The position numbers and the translations under genes were made by a program. From contig NC_134035.1 of assembly GCF_964204645.1 (NCBI RefSeq), positions 8,216,451 through 8,280,450 of the forward strand: a stretch of 64,000 bases of DNA. The letters run 5' to 3'. This document shows, in pieces, positions 63,436 through 64,000 of this stretch; the first letter of the stretch is position 1; every line of letters begins with the position of its first letter. This stretch comes from Tubulanus polymorphus (lineage: Eukaryota > Animalia > Nemertea). The notes under the pieces were generated by a model. That model had not been told where the DNA came from, ran no database searches, and saw only the letters and a list, made by a program, of their open reading frames with translations.

Positions 63436-64000
63436 ATGGTAGAATTAAAAGAATACAGAATATTTGTAGATTCTAGAAGGCTTACAAATTATAAATCTCA
63501 TAATTTATTAATACAATTAGATAGAGAATTTAAGAATTGTGTTGATTTAAAATTAGTAAATATTAGTTTATGTAATTCTTTTTACAATGTAACGGATAAA
63601 AGTCTTGAACATTTAATTTTTTCAATCTTTTATAAAAAAAGGAATAAATGGTTTTTTATATATTTAAAACCAGGATTATATAATTTAAATACATTAGCAC
63701 AAGAAATTAATAGAAAAGCTCGAGCTAAATTAGGAAGTGATTCTGGATTTAATATTAGAATTTTAAAAAGTGCTAGTTCTAATAAAATAAAGATTAGGTT
63801 AGACGAACAATTTAAATTTACAGTAAGAAAACCTTTAGGTAAACTGTTAGGAATTGCCCCTGATATTGTTACAGCATACGCAGAAGGTAAATCAAACTTA
63901 ATGCCTTTTACACATTTTTATATTTATTGTAATTTAATCGATCCTACAAAAACATTCGAAGCAACTAAAGATATAACTTGTAATTCTGGTTTACTAAACA
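63436..64000 (+). CDS. Penton/minor capsid protein-like ORF, open to the window end (not in the ORF track)
   Basis: MVELKEYRIFVDSRRLTNYKSHNLLIQLDREFKNCVDLKLVNISLCNSFYNV...KPGLYNL...LGKLLGI...HFYIYCNLID, 188 codons with no stop; motif order fits single-jelly-roll pentons of Polintons/NCLDVs. Confidence 0.75.
   Translation, partial: MVELKEYRIFVDSRRLTNYKSHNLLIQLDREFKNCVDLKLVNISLCNSFYNVTDKSLEHLIFSIFYKKRNKWFFIYLKPGLYNLNTLAQEINRKARAKLGSDSGFNIRILKSASSNKIKIRLDEQFKFTVRKPLGKLLGIAPDIVTAYAEGKSNLMPFTHFYIYCNLIDPTKTFEATKDITCNSGLLN

Larger units (their letters stand above)
56889..64000 (+). mobile_element. Endogenous Polinton/Maverick (adintovirus)-like virus, left end; continues beyond the window
   Basis: Abrupt shift to very AT-rich, intronless, tightly packed ORFs; pPolB, VLTF3-like and penton-like genes; begins 5'-AGTAATTAG, matching the two ends of the 48-50 kb relic. 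Confidence 0.92.

Noticed and set aside
56889-64000. Bacterial/phage contamination or an integrated giant-virus fragment
   Set aside because: PolB is of the Polinton protein-primed type, a decayed sibling is embedded in host DNA nearby, and the ends share a terminal motif; read-level confirmation of the junction is still needed

Overview
AT-rich invertebrate (probably lophotrochozoan) genomic DNA with GT-AG introns. Host genes: the 3' exons of a p190-type RhoGAP (148-12646), a single-LIM CRP/MLP gene (minus), an MS4A/CD20-like four-TM gene, a 12-exon patatin phospholipase with two EF-hands, and an FMRFamide-receptor-like GPCR with a truncated duplicate. Between them are many MITEs, SINE/LINE/LTR relics and tandem repeats. 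The standout is an endogenous Polinton/adintovirus-like element starting at about 56889 and running off the window end. Its protein-primed DNA polymerase B is interrupted exactly inside the catalytic YxD|TD motif by a Ser...Asn intein with a LAGLIDADG homing endonuclease (60548-61613, one +1 frameshift), which from memory closely resembles the Mimivirus PolB intein. Next to it lie a poxvirus/NCLDV VLTF3(A2L)-like late transcription factor gene and a penton-like ORF missing from the ORF track. Nearly every element gene starts in a poxvirus-late-promoter-like TAAATG. A decayed relative of the element lies at 48034-50194 and shares its terminal motif. Together these suggest a virophage-like satellite of a cytoplasmic giant virus integrated in an animal genome (inference). 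All homology calls come from motif recognition, not database searches.
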